A stretch of 64,000 nucleotides of DNA from Thermoleophilia bacterium (GTDB taxonomy: Bacteria; Actinomycetota; Thermoleophilia; UBA2241). Position numbers and translations under genes: made by a program. The DNA is taken from assembly GCA_016933475.1 (NCBI GenBank), contig JAFGAW010000027.1, positions 403-64,402 of the forward strand. Direction: 5' to 3'. This document shows positions 32,204 through 41,359 of this stretch, piece after piece (position 1 is the stretch's first letter; every line of letters starts with the position of its first letter). The notes under the pieces are model-generated. The model was not told the DNA's origin, did no database searches, and was given only the letters and a program-made list of their open reading frames with translations.

Positions 32204-32932
32204 TCACGGGATGTAGATCAGCGTGGCCTTGCCGTCGCTCTGGAAGACGTGGCCGTCGCCCTCGGGCAGGGTCCCATCCGGAAGCGGCAGCGGGTCGTAG
32301 ATGAGATTGCCGCAGGGGAAGACGTCGGGCGTGACGGTGTACCCCAACCCGGCGAACGATCCGGAGAGCTGGACCTCGGCCGACTCGTTCAGGCCGGCCC
32401 ACTTCGCCGCTCCCGGCACCTGCCCGAACTCGTTGTAGTCGAAGTGCGTCGTGCAGAGGACGTACCGGCCCCAGGTGGCGTTGCGACTCGCGTAGCCGTA
32501 GCGCGCGTAGAGCCTGATGTGGAGGCACTGCACCCGCGGCACCAACTGGCCGCCCTGGACCGTCAGCGCCGTCTGCTTGCAGCCCAGGTCCACGTCCCAC
32601 TGCCAGCGGTAGGGGCTGTCCTTGAGTCGAGCGTAGATGGGCATGCCGACGGACGGCAGGAAGGACCGGACCAGGGCCTTCACCTTCGGGACGGTCGCGT
32701 TGCCGGTGAAGATGACGGTGACCGGCCAGTCGACCTGGGCCGTCGTCGGGTCGCTCGGCGGCAGGTAGTTCGGTGAGTAGAAGTCGTAGTTGTAGAACTT
32801 GTCGCCGTCGACGGTGACAACGGCGGGGTCCGGCCTCTCGTAGGCGGTGACCGCGAGGGCGGCCGGCGCGGCCATCGCAGCGAGAGCCAAGACGATGACA
32901 GGGATCACGAAGCGCAGGTGACGGAGTCGCAT
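32204..32932 (-). CDS. Secreted hypothetical protein (possibly LssY C-terminal-like fold)
   Basis: Signal peptide ending ALA, strong SD AAGGAGG, codon usage like the core genes; motifs DWPVTVIF, HIRLY, THFD, SDGKAT. Confidence 0.75.
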   Translation of the reverse strand: MRLRHLRFVIPVIVLALAAMAAPAALAVTAYERPDPAVVTVDGDKFYNYDFYSPNYLPPSDPTTAQVDWPVTVIFTGNATVPKVKALVRSFLPSVGMPIYARLKDSPYRWQWDVDLGCKQTALTVQGGQLVPRVQCLHIRLYARYGYASRNATWGRYVLCTTHFDYNEFGQVPGAAKWAGLNESAEVQLSGSFAGLGYTVTPDVFPCGNLIYDPLPLPDGTLPEGDGHVFQSDGKATLIYIP

Positions 32933-33119
32933 GGTGCCCCTCCTTCAGTCGACGACCCCGGGCAGAAGTCGCTCGACGCCGCACGGGCGGCTCCTGAGGT
33001 GGCCCACCCAAGAGTGTCTCCGGAGGACGGGTCCTTGACCCCGTTGCCGACGTGCCGACGCCGTCCCGCCCGGCGCCCCGTCGACGCCTGGGCCGGCGCG
33101 CCGCCGGCCGCCGCTCGAC

Positions 33120-33620
33120 TCACCACCCGCGCGTCCCGGGTCCTCCCTTGAACGGCCCCTCGACGTCGCTCGTGATCCAGCCGCCGTAGAAGTCGCCGGG
33201 CTGGGCGGCGACGCGCTCGTCGTCGACGTAGCAGGCGTCCATCTTGCCGGGGTAGAAGGCGAGGTGGTCGCGCAGGCTCTCGTAGCCGGGACGCGGCTCC
33301 GCGTAGCTCCAGGCCGCGTCCCGGATCACGCGCCCGCCGATCACGAGGTCGTGGTACGACGCGACGCCCTTGAACTCGCAGAGGGTGCGCCGCGACGATG
33401 GACGCAGCAGCTCGCGGCGCACGTCCTCCGGCGGTATGTAGTAGACCGGCGGGTGGCTCGTCTCGAGCACGCGCAGGGCGCGGCGCGTGTCGGCGACGAC
33501 TTCGCCCCCCGCTACGACGCGCACCCGGCGGTCCGTGGGCTCTACGCGTGGCGGGCGCGGGTAGTCCCAGACGGACTCGCGCGGCCGCGACGGCCGCTCA
33601 CTCTCTCGCCGGGATCCCAT
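33120..33620 (-). CDS. DUF427 family protein
   Basis: ESVWDYPRPP, VLETSHPPVYYIP, CEFKG, FYGGWIT, GPFKGGPG. Confidence 0.92.
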   Translation of the reverse strand: MGSRRESERPSRPRESVWDYPRPPRVEPTDRRVRVVAGGEVVADTRRALRVLETSHPPVYYIPPEDVRRELLRPSSRRTLCEFKGVASYHDLVIGGRVIRDAAWSYAEPRPGYESLRDHLAFYPGKMDACYVDDERVAAQPGDFYGGWITSDVEGPFKGGPGTRGW

Positions 33621-33737
33621 GGCGACAGCATTCCCCGTCGCCGCGAAGTCGTGTCGCCGACCTTGCGGGGCGGCCTTGGCCGACGGCGTCCGCGGGACTG
33701 CCCCTGCTGGAGCGCCCCGTCGTACGGGCCCCGTGCG

Positions 33738-34076
33738 TCAGTGATCGCAGGCGTTCGCGCCGGTCACGAGCGTGCCGGCGAGATAGGCATCGGCCAGGGC
33801 TTCGGGGGCACCCGGCTCGGCGCCCACGATCACCTGGATCCCGTGCTCGCAGAAGAGGTCCTGTGCCCGGCGGCCCATGCCGCCGGCGATGATCGCATCG
33901 ACGTCCCGCTGCGCGAGCCAGGCGGGCAGCAGGCCGGGCTCGTGCGGCGGCGAGTCGACGTCCTGGCGACCGAGGACGCTCTTCGTCTCCTCATCCACAT
34001 CGATGAGGGCGAAGCACTGACAGTGCCCGAAGTGTGCCGACAGGGTGCCATTGACGATGGGTATGGCGATCCTCAT
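33738..34076 (-). CDS. NifB/NifX family (dinitrogenase Fe-Mo cofactor-binding domain) protein
   Basis: RIAIP, SAHFGHC, PPHEPG, IIAGGMG, C-terminal NACDH. Confidence 0.9.
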   Translation of the reverse strand: MRIAIPIVNGTLSAHFGHCQCFALIDVDEETKSVLGRQDVDSPPHEPGLLPAWLAQRDVDAIIAGGMGRRAQDLFCEHGIQVIVGAEPGAPEALADAYLAGTLVTGANACDH

Positions 34077-34519
34077 TCCGTGTCCTCCTGTTTCCGGTCT
34101 CCGTCATGGGCAGGCGCGCCGACCTCGCTGTGGACCTGCAGGGACTCCCGGCAGGCGGCGTGGAGGGTGTTGGCGGCGAGCAGGGCGCAGTGCTCCGTCT
34201 CGGCGGGCATACCGCCGAGCGCCTCGAGGATGTCCGCCTGGCAGAGGCCGAGGACGTCGTCGACGGCCCGGTCCTCGGACAGCTCCGCCGCCATGTCCCC
34301 GCACGCCCGGGCGCTCCCGCAGCCGTCGGTGACGAACGAGGTGTGCCGCACGCGACCCGAGTCGATATCGACCCAGAACTCCATCGTGTCCCCGCACGGC
34401 CCCTTGATGCGGGCGTGGCCGCTCCAGGCGTCGAGGCGCCCGTAGTGATCGGGGTGCAGCGCGTGCTCGCTCGCTACGGTCGAGAGCTGCAGCTCGTCCA
34501 TCTCGTGCTCGTGCGTCAT
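34073..34519 (-). CDS. NifU/IscU-like Fe-S scaffold protein
   Basis: GPCGDTM, TDGC..ACG, HCALLA; SD GAGGAG before ATG 34519. Confidence 0.88.
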   Translation of the reverse strand: MTHEHEMDELQLSTVASEHALHPDHYGRLDAWSGHARIKGPCGDTMEFWVDIDSGRVRHTSFVTDGCGSARACGDMAAELSEDRAVDDVLGLCQADILEALGGMPAETEHCALLAANTLHAACRESLQVHSEVGAPAHDGDRKQEDTE

Positions 34520-34592
34520 CGATCGTCTCCTCGTCAGTGCCACCGCGTGCCGTGCGCCTCACGTGGCGCGGTCAGTCGACGCACACGGAGAT

Positions 34593-34606
34593 TGGGCATA
34601 TGCTCA
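34593..34606. promoter_or_regulatory. Palindromic operator between the divergent nifU-like and DUF89 genes
   Basis: TGGGCATATGCTCA near-perfect inverted repeat overlapping a CATAAT -10-like element. Confidence 0.6.
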
Positions 34607-34689
34607 TAATACCAGCTTGCGGTCGGGTCTTCGGCGAGATCGCGGCCGCCACGGAGCGGACACGACGAGGGGAAAGGCACCGGACCGCT

Positions 34690-35595
34690 GTGCACACCGC
34701 GCTCGACTGCATTCCGTGCTTCACCCGTCAGGCCCTCGGGGCGCTGCGCTGCGCGGCCACCGCCGAGGCGGCGCAGCGTGAGGTGATGCGCCACGTACTG
34801 AGGGCGCTCGCGGCAGAGGTCGACCTCGGATCGTCACCGCCGGAGATCGCGCAGCGCGTCCATCGCCTCGTGCGTCGTCTCATCGGCGACGGGGACCCGT
34901 ACGCCTCCCTTAAGGCACGCGCGAACGCGATCGCCCTCGCCGCGGAGCCGCATCTGCAGGCGTCGGTCGAATCCGCTCCCGACCGGTTCGCGGCCGCCAC
35001 ACGTCTGGCGATCGCCGCCAACGCGCTCGACGCCGGCATCAGCACGGCGGCGGCCGTCGGCGGCGAGCATCGACGCGGCGAGAGTCAAGGCGCCGCGGAC
35101 CGGCTCGTGCGCGACCTGCGCCGGGGCCTGGAGGAGCCGCTCCACGGCGACCTGGAAGAGTTCCGCGGCGCCATCGCGCGCGCCGAGCGCATCGTGTATC
35201 TCACCGACAACAGCGGCGAGATCGTCGCCGACGGGCTGCTCGTGGGGCAACTCCCGAAGGGTCGCGTCATCGTTGCCGTACGCGGCGCCCCCGTGCTGAA
35301 CGACGCGACGCTCGCGGATGCTCGTGCGGCCGGGCTCGACGCGCTGGCCTCGGTCGTCGAGAACGGGTCGGACGCGCCGGGTACCGTGCTCTCAGACTGC
35401 TCGCCCGAGTTCCGGCGCGTGTTCGCCGAGGCGGACGTGATCGTCTCCAAAGGGCAAGGCAACTACGAGTCGTTGAGCGACGTCGACGCCCCCGTCTTCT
35501 TCCTCTTCAAGGTGAAGTGCCCGCTTGCGGCGCGGCACGCGGGACTGCCGCTCGGCGCCCACGCCCTGCTGCGCTCAGCGGGCGCGGGGGCCTGA
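34690..35595 (+). CDS. ARMT1-like / DUF89 damage-control phosphatase
   Basis: DCIPCF, DPY, AIAANALD, YLTDNSGEIVAD, LNDAT, SKGQGNYESL, KVKC. Confidence 0.9.
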   Translation: MHTALDCIPCFTRQALGALRCAATAEAAQREVMRHVLRALAAEVDLGSSPPEIAQRVHRLVRRLIGDGDPYASLKARANAIALAAEPHLQASVESAPDRFAAATRLAIAANALDAGISTAAAVGGEHRRGESQGAADRLVRDLRRGLEEPLHGDLEEFRGAIARAERIVYLTDNSGEIVADGLLVGQLPKGRVIVAVRGAPVLNDATLADARAAGLDALASVVENGSDAPGTVLSDCSPEFRRVFAEADVIVSKGQGNYESLSDVDAPVFFLFKVKCPLAARHAGLPLGAHALLRSAGAGA

Positions 35596-35808
35596 GGTCG
35601 GGCCGCGGGCCGGCGCACGGTCCCGCCGACCCGCGCGGGCCGCCGCGGTCGTCCCCGGCCGGCGCGCGGCGTACGGCGCCGCTTGCTTGGCCGCGCCTTC
35701 CGCTCTCTCCCGCCACGCACTATCATGGTGGGCGACGGCAGTCTGGAGGGGTCTGGCCGGTGAGAGCGCCGGGCGGCGGCTGCCCATGTCACCGAGAAAG
35801 GGGTCACC

Positions 35809-36726
35809 GTGGGCTACATCATCACAGCTGCCGTGGTCGTCTTCGTCGTCCTCGTCCTGGCGCTGCTCCTGGCGGGCATCCGCATCGTGCGCCCGACGAG
35901 CCGCGGCCTCGTCGAGCGGCTGGGCAAGTACAACCGCTTCGCCGGACCGGGCTTCCACGTCATCATCCCGCTGATCGAGCACATGTATAAGGTCGACATC
36001 CGCGAGGCGCTGGTCGACGCGCAGCCGCAGACCATCATCACCAACGACAACCTCAACGCGCGCGTCGACGCGCAGGTCTACCTCAAGGTCAGAGCCGACG
36101 AGGAGAACGTCAAGGCCTCGCAGTACAACGTGGCCCAGTACGAGCGCCAGATCGTGAACCTCGCGCGCACCACCCTGCGTAACATCATCGGCACCATGAG
36201 CCTCAAGTCGGCGAACAGCGAGCGCGGGCGCATCAACGAGGAGCTTCGCTCGACGCTCAAGATCGAGACCGCGAGCTGGGGCATCGAGATCCTCCGCACC
36301 GAGCTCAAAGAGATCGACCCGCCGGCCGACGTGCAGGAGACGATGAACAAGGTCGTGAAGGCCGAGAACGAGAAGATCGCCGCCATCGACTACGCGACGG
36401 CGCGCGAGACCCAGGCCGACGGCGAGCGGCGCGCCTCGATCCAGCAGGCGGAGGGCATCAAGCGGGCGCGCGTCCTGGCCGCCGAGGGCGAGGCCGAGGC
36501 CATCAAGCTCGTGAACGAGGCGGCCGACCGCTACTTCGTCGGCAACGCGCAGATGCTGCGCCGCATCGAGGCCGTCGAGCGCGCGCTCTGGCAGAACGCC
36601 AAGGTCGTGCTGCCGAGCGACGCCGAGCTTGTCAACGTGATCGGTGATCTCGGCGGGCTGACGCCGCTGCCGAAGGGCGACGGCGCGAAGGTGCCGGACG
36701 CTCCGGTGGCGCCGAAGAAGAGGTAG
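35809..36726 (+). CDS. SPFH / band 7 (stomatin-like) membrane protein
   Basis: N-terminal TM, LVERLGKY, RTTLRNIIG, WGIEILRTE..IDPP. Confidence 0.92.
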   Translation: MGYIITAAVVVFVVLVLALLLAGIRIVRPTSRGLVERLGKYNRFAGPGFHVIIPLIEHMYKVDIREALVDAQPQTIITNDNLNARVDAQVYLKVRADEENVKASQYNVAQYERQIVNLARTTLRNIIGTMSLKSANSERGRINEELRSTLKIETASWGIEILRTELKEIDPPADVQETMNKVVKAENEKIAAIDYATARETQADGERRASIQQAEGIKRARVLAAEGEAEAIKLVNEAADRYFVGNAQMLRRIEAVERALWQNAKVVLPSDAELVNVIGDLGGLTPLPKGDGAKVPDAPVAPKKR

Positions 36727-36820
36727 GCGACCCGCGCCGGCCGCGCGTGCCCCCGGCAGGCGCGGCGCCCGGAACCCGTGGGCGGCACCGCGACGGGCCG
36801 CAGGCGGCGCCGTGGCCGGG

Positions 36821-37672
36821 TCAGCCGGGGCGTGCGTCGCCCAGCCGGCGCCAGACCAGGCCGCGGTGCGGGGCGAGGAAGAACGCGGCGACGAAGAAGG
36901 CCGTTGCGGTCAGCACGATCGCCGCCCCGGAGGCGACGTCGAGGTAGTAGCTCAGGTACAGCCCGACGACGCTCGAGACCACGCCCACGACGGCCGCGAC
37001 CGCCATCATCGTCGGCAACCGCTGCGTGAGCAGCGACGCCGTCGCACCCGGCGTCACGAGCAGCGCCGTCACCAGCCCGACGCCGACGGTCTGCAGGGAC
37101 ACCACGACGGTCAGGGCCAGCAGCACGAGGAGCGCGAGCAGCACGAGCCCCGGCCGGCGGCCGAGCGTGTGCGCGAGCAGCGGGTCGAACGAGGCGAGCA
37201 GCAGCTCACGATAGAGGAGGGCCACGGCGAGCAGCACCGCTGCGGCGAGCCCGCCGGTGAGCCAGAGGTCGGTCGTCGAGACGCCGAGCACGTCGCCGAA
37301 GAGGATGTGCGTGAGATCGGTGGCGTACGAACCCGTCGAGCTGATGAGGAGCACACCGAGGGAGAGCGCCGCGGCAAACAGGATGCCGATCGCGGTGTCC
37401 TCGCGGACGGTCCCGTGCCGGGTGAGGAAGCCGATGCCGAGCGCGACCAGCAGCGCCGCGACCAATGCTCCGGCGAGGAGGTCGACCCCGGCGAGGTAGG
37501 CGAGGGCGATGCCGGGCAGGACGGCATGGGCCAGGGCGTCGCCGAGAAACGCCATCGAGCGCAGGACGACGTAGCAGCCCAGCACCGAGCAGACGAGGCC
37601 GACGACGACGGCCGCCACGAGGGCGCGTTGCATGAAGGCGAGGGCGAAGGGCTCGGTCAGCCAGTCGATCAC
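36821..37672 (-). CDS. znuB: Zn/Mn ABC transporter permease
   Basis: FMQRAL, GDALAHAVLPG, LFGDVLG, SFDP, DVASGAAIV. Confidence 0.88.
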   Translation of the reverse strand: MIDWLTEPFALAFMQRALVAAVVVGLVCSVLGCYVVLRSMAFLGDALAHAVLPGIALAYLAGVDLLAGALVAALLVALGIGFLTRHGTVREDTAIGILFAAALSLGVLLISSTGSYATDLTHILFGDVLGVSTTDLWLTGGLAAAVLLAVALLYRELLLASFDPLLAHTLGRRPGLVLLALLVLLALTVVVSLQTVGVGLVTALLVTPGATASLLTQRLPTMMAVAAVVGVVSSVVGLYLSYYLDVASGAAIVLTATAFFVAAFFLAPHRGLVWRRLGDARPG

Positions 37673-37709
37673 GCGGTCCTCGCCTCGACCGCTGCAGGAC
37701 CGCACGGGA

Positions 37710-37768
37710 CCGCCGTCACGCGTCTGCACCCGGCCGCCGTCACGCGTCTGCACCCGGCCGTCGTCACG
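37710..37768. repeat. 24-bp tandem repeat (about 2.5 copies) at the znuC/znuB junction
   Basis: ccgccgtcacgcgtctgcacccgg at 37710 and 37734, partial copy at 37758. Confidence 0.85.
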
Positions 37769-38579
37769 GAGCCTTCTCCTCGCCGGTGTGGCTGTGGCGG
37801 TGGGCGATGCCGTCGCCGACGTGGCCCGGGCAGCACTGGTCGACGACGACCATGTCGCCGACGAAGAGCGCCTGCCCGCCGTACGCCTCGCCGATGTGGG
37901 CGGGGGTGAAGACCTCGGCCGGCGGGCCGTAGGCGATGAGCCGCTGGTTCAGAAGGGCGGCGAGCTCGAAGCGCGTCGCCGCCGTGTTCATGTCGTGGGT
38001 CGAGACGAGCACGGTGATGTCTTCGCCGCGCAGGACCTCGAGCAGCCCGAGCAACGCCTCCTTGGCCGAGGCGTCGACGCCGGTGAACGGCTCGTCGAGC
38101 AGCAGGACGTGCGGCTCCTGGGCGAGCGCGCGGGCGAGGAAGACGCGCTGCTGCTGCCCGCCCGAGAGCTCCCCGATGGGGCGCCGTGCGAGGTGGGCGA
38201 TCGACAGCTCGTCGAGGGCGCGGGCGACGGCCTCGCGGTCGGCCGCCTGGGGGCGTCGTACCGCCCCCAGGCGGCCGTACCGCCCCATCATCACCACGTC
38301 GGCGACCGTGACCGGGAACCGCCAGTCGATCTCCTCGCGCTGCGGTACATAGGCGACGGGGTCGGTCTGGTCGCCGGGCGGGCGCCCGTGGACGAGCACG
38401 TGTCCGTGCTGCGGGCGCAGCAGGCCTACCATCGCCTTGAACAGGGTCGACTTGCCGGCCCCGTTGGGTCCGACGATCGCCACCTGCGCACCGTGCGGTA
38501 CGTGCAGCGTGACCCGCTCGAGCGCGGGCTGGCCGTTGTAGCGGACGGTGAGCTCCTCGAGGGCGAGCATGGCTGTCAT
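37764..38579 (-). CDS. znuC: Zn/Mn ABC transporter ATP-binding protein
   Basis: GPNGAGKST, AYVPQR, LSGGQQQR, LLDEPF, His/Cys-rich tail. Confidence 0.88.
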   Translation of the reverse strand: MTAMLALEELTVRYNGQPALERVTLHVPHGAQVAIVGPNGAGKSTLFKAMVGLLRPQHGHVLVHGRPPGDQTDPVAYVPQREEIDWRFPVTVADVVMMGRYGRLGAVRRPQAADREAVARALDELSIAHLARRPIGELSGGQQQRVFLARALAQEPHVLLLDEPFTGVDASAKEALLGLLEVLRGEDITVLVSTHDMNTAATRFELAALLNQRLIAYGPPAEVFTPAHIGEAYGGQALFVGDMVVVDQCCPGHVGDGIAHRHSHTGEEKAP

Positions 38580-38632
38580 CGCAGGGCCTCGAGTCTCATT
38601 GCGGGGTCTGAGGCTTCATCGCAGGGCCTCGA
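38576..38632. repeat. 20-bp-period triplication of the znuA stop / znuC start junction
   Basis: tcatcgcagggcctcga at 38576 and 38616, with degenerate tcattgcggggtctga between. Confidence 0.75.
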
Positions 38633-39605
38633 CGATGCGCTGCGTGTCGTGGCGCAGCATCTCGATGTAGGTGGCCGCCCCGCCGCCGGGCTCGCTCAGC
38701 GAGTGCACGCGGAGGTCGTCGACGACCTCGATGCCGGTCTCCCCGGCGATCTGGCGGCCGAGACCGGGATCCTCGCCGATGTCCACGAAGATCGCCTTCA
38801 CGCCGGTCGCGCGCACGGTGGCGACGAGCTCCGCGAGGTCGCGGGCGCTCGGCGTCTCGCCGCTGCTCACGCCGGGGATCACGGCACCGACGATGCGCAG
38901 GCCGTAACGGTCGGCGTAGTAGCCGTGGCTGACGTGGTTCATGACCAGCTGGCGGTCGTCCGGGGCGATCGTCGCGATCTGTGCGGCGATCCAGCGGTCG
39001 AGCTCATGGAGCTCGCCGACGTAGGCCTCGGCATTCCTGCGGTACTCGTCGGCGCCGGCGGGGTCGATCTCGATCAGCGCGTCGCGCATGGTCGTCACGT
39101 AGCTCACGGCGAGCGTGGGGTCGAGCCAGAAGTGCGGGTCGACCTCGCCGTCCTCGGCGTGGTCATCGCCGCCGCTCTCGCCCTCGTGAGCGGGCTCTCC
39201 GGGTCGCGGCGTGCGCGGCTCGAGACCGGCGGCCGCCTCGATCACGGGCGCGTCGCCGCGGGCCTCACGCAGCATGTCGGCGAGCTGACTCTCGAGCCCG
39301 GCGCCGTTGAGGACGACGAGGTCGGCGCGGGCCGTTTCACGGAGGTGCGAGGGTGTCGGCTGAAAGACGTGGGGGTCGGTCCCGGAGGGGATCAGCGACG
39401 TCACGGCGGCGCGCTCGCCGGCCACGTTGCGCGCCATGTCGGCGAGGAACGCGGTGCTGGCCACGACCTGTAAGCGGCCGTCGTCGGCCGCCTCGCCGCC
39501 GCAGGCGATGACCCCGGCAGCCGCGACCGCCAGCACAAGCGGCAACATGAGCGCCAGCCCGACTGTCGGCGCGACGAAGGCTCGTCCTGTACGCGGCCGG
39601 CTCAC
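38616..39605 (-). CDS. znuA: Zn/Mn ABC transporter substrate-binding lipoprotein
   Basis: Lipobox IACGG, GTDPHVFQP, His/acid loop, DPHFWLDP. Confidence 0.9.
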   Translation of the reverse strand: MSRPRTGRAFVAPTVGLALMLPLVLAVAAAGVIACGGEAADDGRLQVVASTAFLADMARNVAGERAAVTSLIPSGTDPHVFQPTPSHLRETARADLVVLNGAGLESQLADMLREARGDAPVIEAAAGLEPRTPRPGEPAHEGESGGDDHAEDGEVDPHFWLDPTLAVSYVTTMRDALIEIDPAGADEYRRNAEAYVGELHELDRWIAAQIATIAPDDRQLVMNHVSHGYYADRYGLRIVGAVIPGVSSGETPSARDLAELVATVRATGVKAIFVDIGEDPGLGRQIAGETGIEVVDDLRVHSLSEPGGGAATYIEMLRHDTQRIVEALR

Positions 39606-40240
39606 GCCGCCTCCAGCGGGTCGTCGGCGCGGCCGGGGTCGACATCGGTGCAGCCACGATAGGTGCCGCCGACATCGCCGTGGCCGGCGCCGCCGACATC
39701 GCCGTGGCCGGCGCCGCCGACATCGCCGTGGCCGGCGCCGCCGACATCGCCGTGGCCGTAGCCGCCGAAATCATCACGGTCGGAGCCTGCGGCACCGGCG
39801 GTGCGACGCACCCCGCGGGCCTGGCACTCGGCACACACGCCACTCAGCTGCAGGAAGTGCTCCTCGATCGCGAAGCCCGTCTCCTTCGCCGCGCGGCGGA
39901 TCAGGGAGGAAACGTCGCAGTCGGTGAACTCGCCGACCTTGCCGCAGCCCAGGCAGACCACACTGTGCCCGTGGTCGCTCTCGGCCGGGACGAACGCCTC
40001 GCAGTGCCCGTCGGCGTGGACGCGGCGGATCGCCCCGGCCTCGCTCAGGAGCTCGAGGGTGCGGTACACGGTCGTCAGGCCGAGGTCGGGGCAGTCCCGC
40101 CGGCCGGCGTCGAACAGCTGGAGGGCGCTCAGGGCGGCGTCGGTGCGCGCCAATGCCTCGACCACGGCACGCCGCTGGCGCGTGAGACGTAACCCGCGGG
40201 CGCCCAGCCGCCCTGCCATATCGGTCGCGTCCAGCCTCAT
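39602..40240 (-). CDS. zur: Fur-family regulator, probably Zur, with a repetitive C-terminal tail
   Basis: LRLTRQR, LGLTTVYRTL, HGHSVVCLGCG, CAEC; heads the znu operon. Confidence 0.85.
   Translation of the reverse strand: MRLDATDMAGRLGARGLRLTRQRRAVVEALARTDAALSALQLFDAGRRDCPDLGLTTVYRTLELLSEAGAIRRVHADGHCEAFVPAESDHGHSVVCLGCGKVGEFTDCDVSSLIRRAAKETGFAIEEHFLQLSGVCAECQARGVRRTAGAAGSDRDDFGGYGHGDVGGAGHGDVGGAGHGDVGGAGHGDVGGTYRGCTDVDPGRADDPLEAA
39665..39760. repeat. 24-bp x4 coding tandem repeat (GHGDVGGA)
   Basis: gccgccgacatcgccgtggccggc at 39665, 39689, 39713, 39737. Confidence 0.95.
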
Positions 40241-40262
40241 GAGCGTGGGGTGCCGTTGAAAC

Positions 40263-40277
40263 TGAAAATCGTTTTCA
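40263..40277. promoter_or_regulatory. Zur box
   Basis: TGAAAATCGTTTTCA inverted repeat matching the actinobacterial Zur consensus, directly upstream of zur-znuACB. Confidence 0.85.
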
Positions 40278-40334
40278 TTGTGGCGGCAGCGTACACCTCA
40301 CTGTAGCCCGGAGCAAGGGCGCGTGCGGCGCGGG

Positions 40335-41072
40335 TCAGGCCTGCGACAGGGGGCAGGCGGCGATGCAGATGCCGCAGACCGTCTCGGGACTCTCGCCGTA
40401 GGTGACCGCCATGTGGTGACGGCAGGCGGCGGCGTCGAAGAGCCTGGAGAGCGGCATGCCGGCGCGCCAGCGCACGTCACGGCCACAGCCCGCGGGGCAG
40501 GCGTCGATGCAGGCGCGGCAGTCGCCGCAGCGCCCCTCGAGGATCGGCGTGCCCACCGGTAACGACAGGTCGGTGAACACCGTGGCCAGGCGCACAGCGG
40601 GACCGAAGTCGTTGGAGACGAAGAGGGCCGTCTTGCCGATCCAACCCAGTCCCGCCTGGGTGGCGGCGGTCTTGTGGGGGAAAGGGGCGTCGTGGCCGTG
40701 ACCGCGGTCGTCGTGGCCGGGGCCATCGCCGTTGCCACCGGGCCCGTGGCCGCCGGCCCCGGGCGTCGTCGTGACGGTGGCCGGGATCGCCTCGGCACGG
40801 TGACCGTGTTCGCGCAGCGCGGCGGTGAGGGTCGCGGCCGCGGCATCGAGCGCGGCGTTCACGCGCCGGTGCTCCTCGCGGTAGTCGTCGGTGGGTCCGT
40901 GGTGCAGGGCGCGCAGCACCGCCGGGTCGAGGCGCATGAGCATCGTCACCGCGGTCGGGAGGTCCGGTGCCAGCGGATCGAGCCTGGGATCGTTGGCGGC
41001 GACACCCCACGCGGCGATGTCCCTGCTCCTCAGGAGTCGGCCGATGGTGTGCCGGTCGAGCACGTTCAGCAT
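40335..41072 (-). CDS. Epoxyqueuosine reductase (QueG)-like 4Fe-4S protein
   Basis: PHKTAATQAGLGWIGK, GPAVRLATVFTD, CGDCRACIDACP, CGICIAACP. Confidence 0.85.
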   Translation of the reverse strand: MLNVLDRHTIGRLLRSRDIAAWGVAANDPRLDPLAPDLPTAVTMLMRLDPAVLRALHHGPTDDYREEHRRVNAALDAAAATLTAALREHGHRAEAIPATVTTTPGAGGHGPGGNGDGPGHDDRGHGHDAPFPHKTAATQAGLGWIGKTALFVSNDFGPAVRLATVFTDLSLPVGTPILEGRCGDCRACIDACPAGCGRDVRWRAGMPLSRLFDAAACRHHMAVTYGESPETVCGICIAACPLSQA

Positions 41073-41359
41073 GGACAAGCCCCTCTGGTCGGCACGGCGA
41101 TCGCCGCCGCGACGAGTCGCTCAGATGGTGGCACCCGGGTCAGTCGCGCCGCAATGGACGGAGGCACGGACTTCGCTCTTCCACTTGGCCCTTCTGGACA
41201 GTCGCGCGGGCGGGTTCGACAGTCTGTCGCGACAGGCCGGATCCGTTTGTGACGAAACGGTGAAATGTGCCTCGCTGCACAAGCGACGGGTTTGCGCCCG
41301 GGTGTCCTCCGGACAAACTAGGAGTGCGACAATCCGATATTGCGGAGGAGGTGAGACCG

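Noticed and set aside
32933-33119. Possible cyclic-dinucleotide riboswitch upstream of the secreted protein
   Set aside because: Could not match the conserved cores of c-di-GMP-I/II or c-di-AMP aptamers
39665-39760. Tandem repeats as a possible CRISPR array (also 37710, 57771)
   Set aside because: No unique spacers and no cas genes; simple head-to-tail duplications
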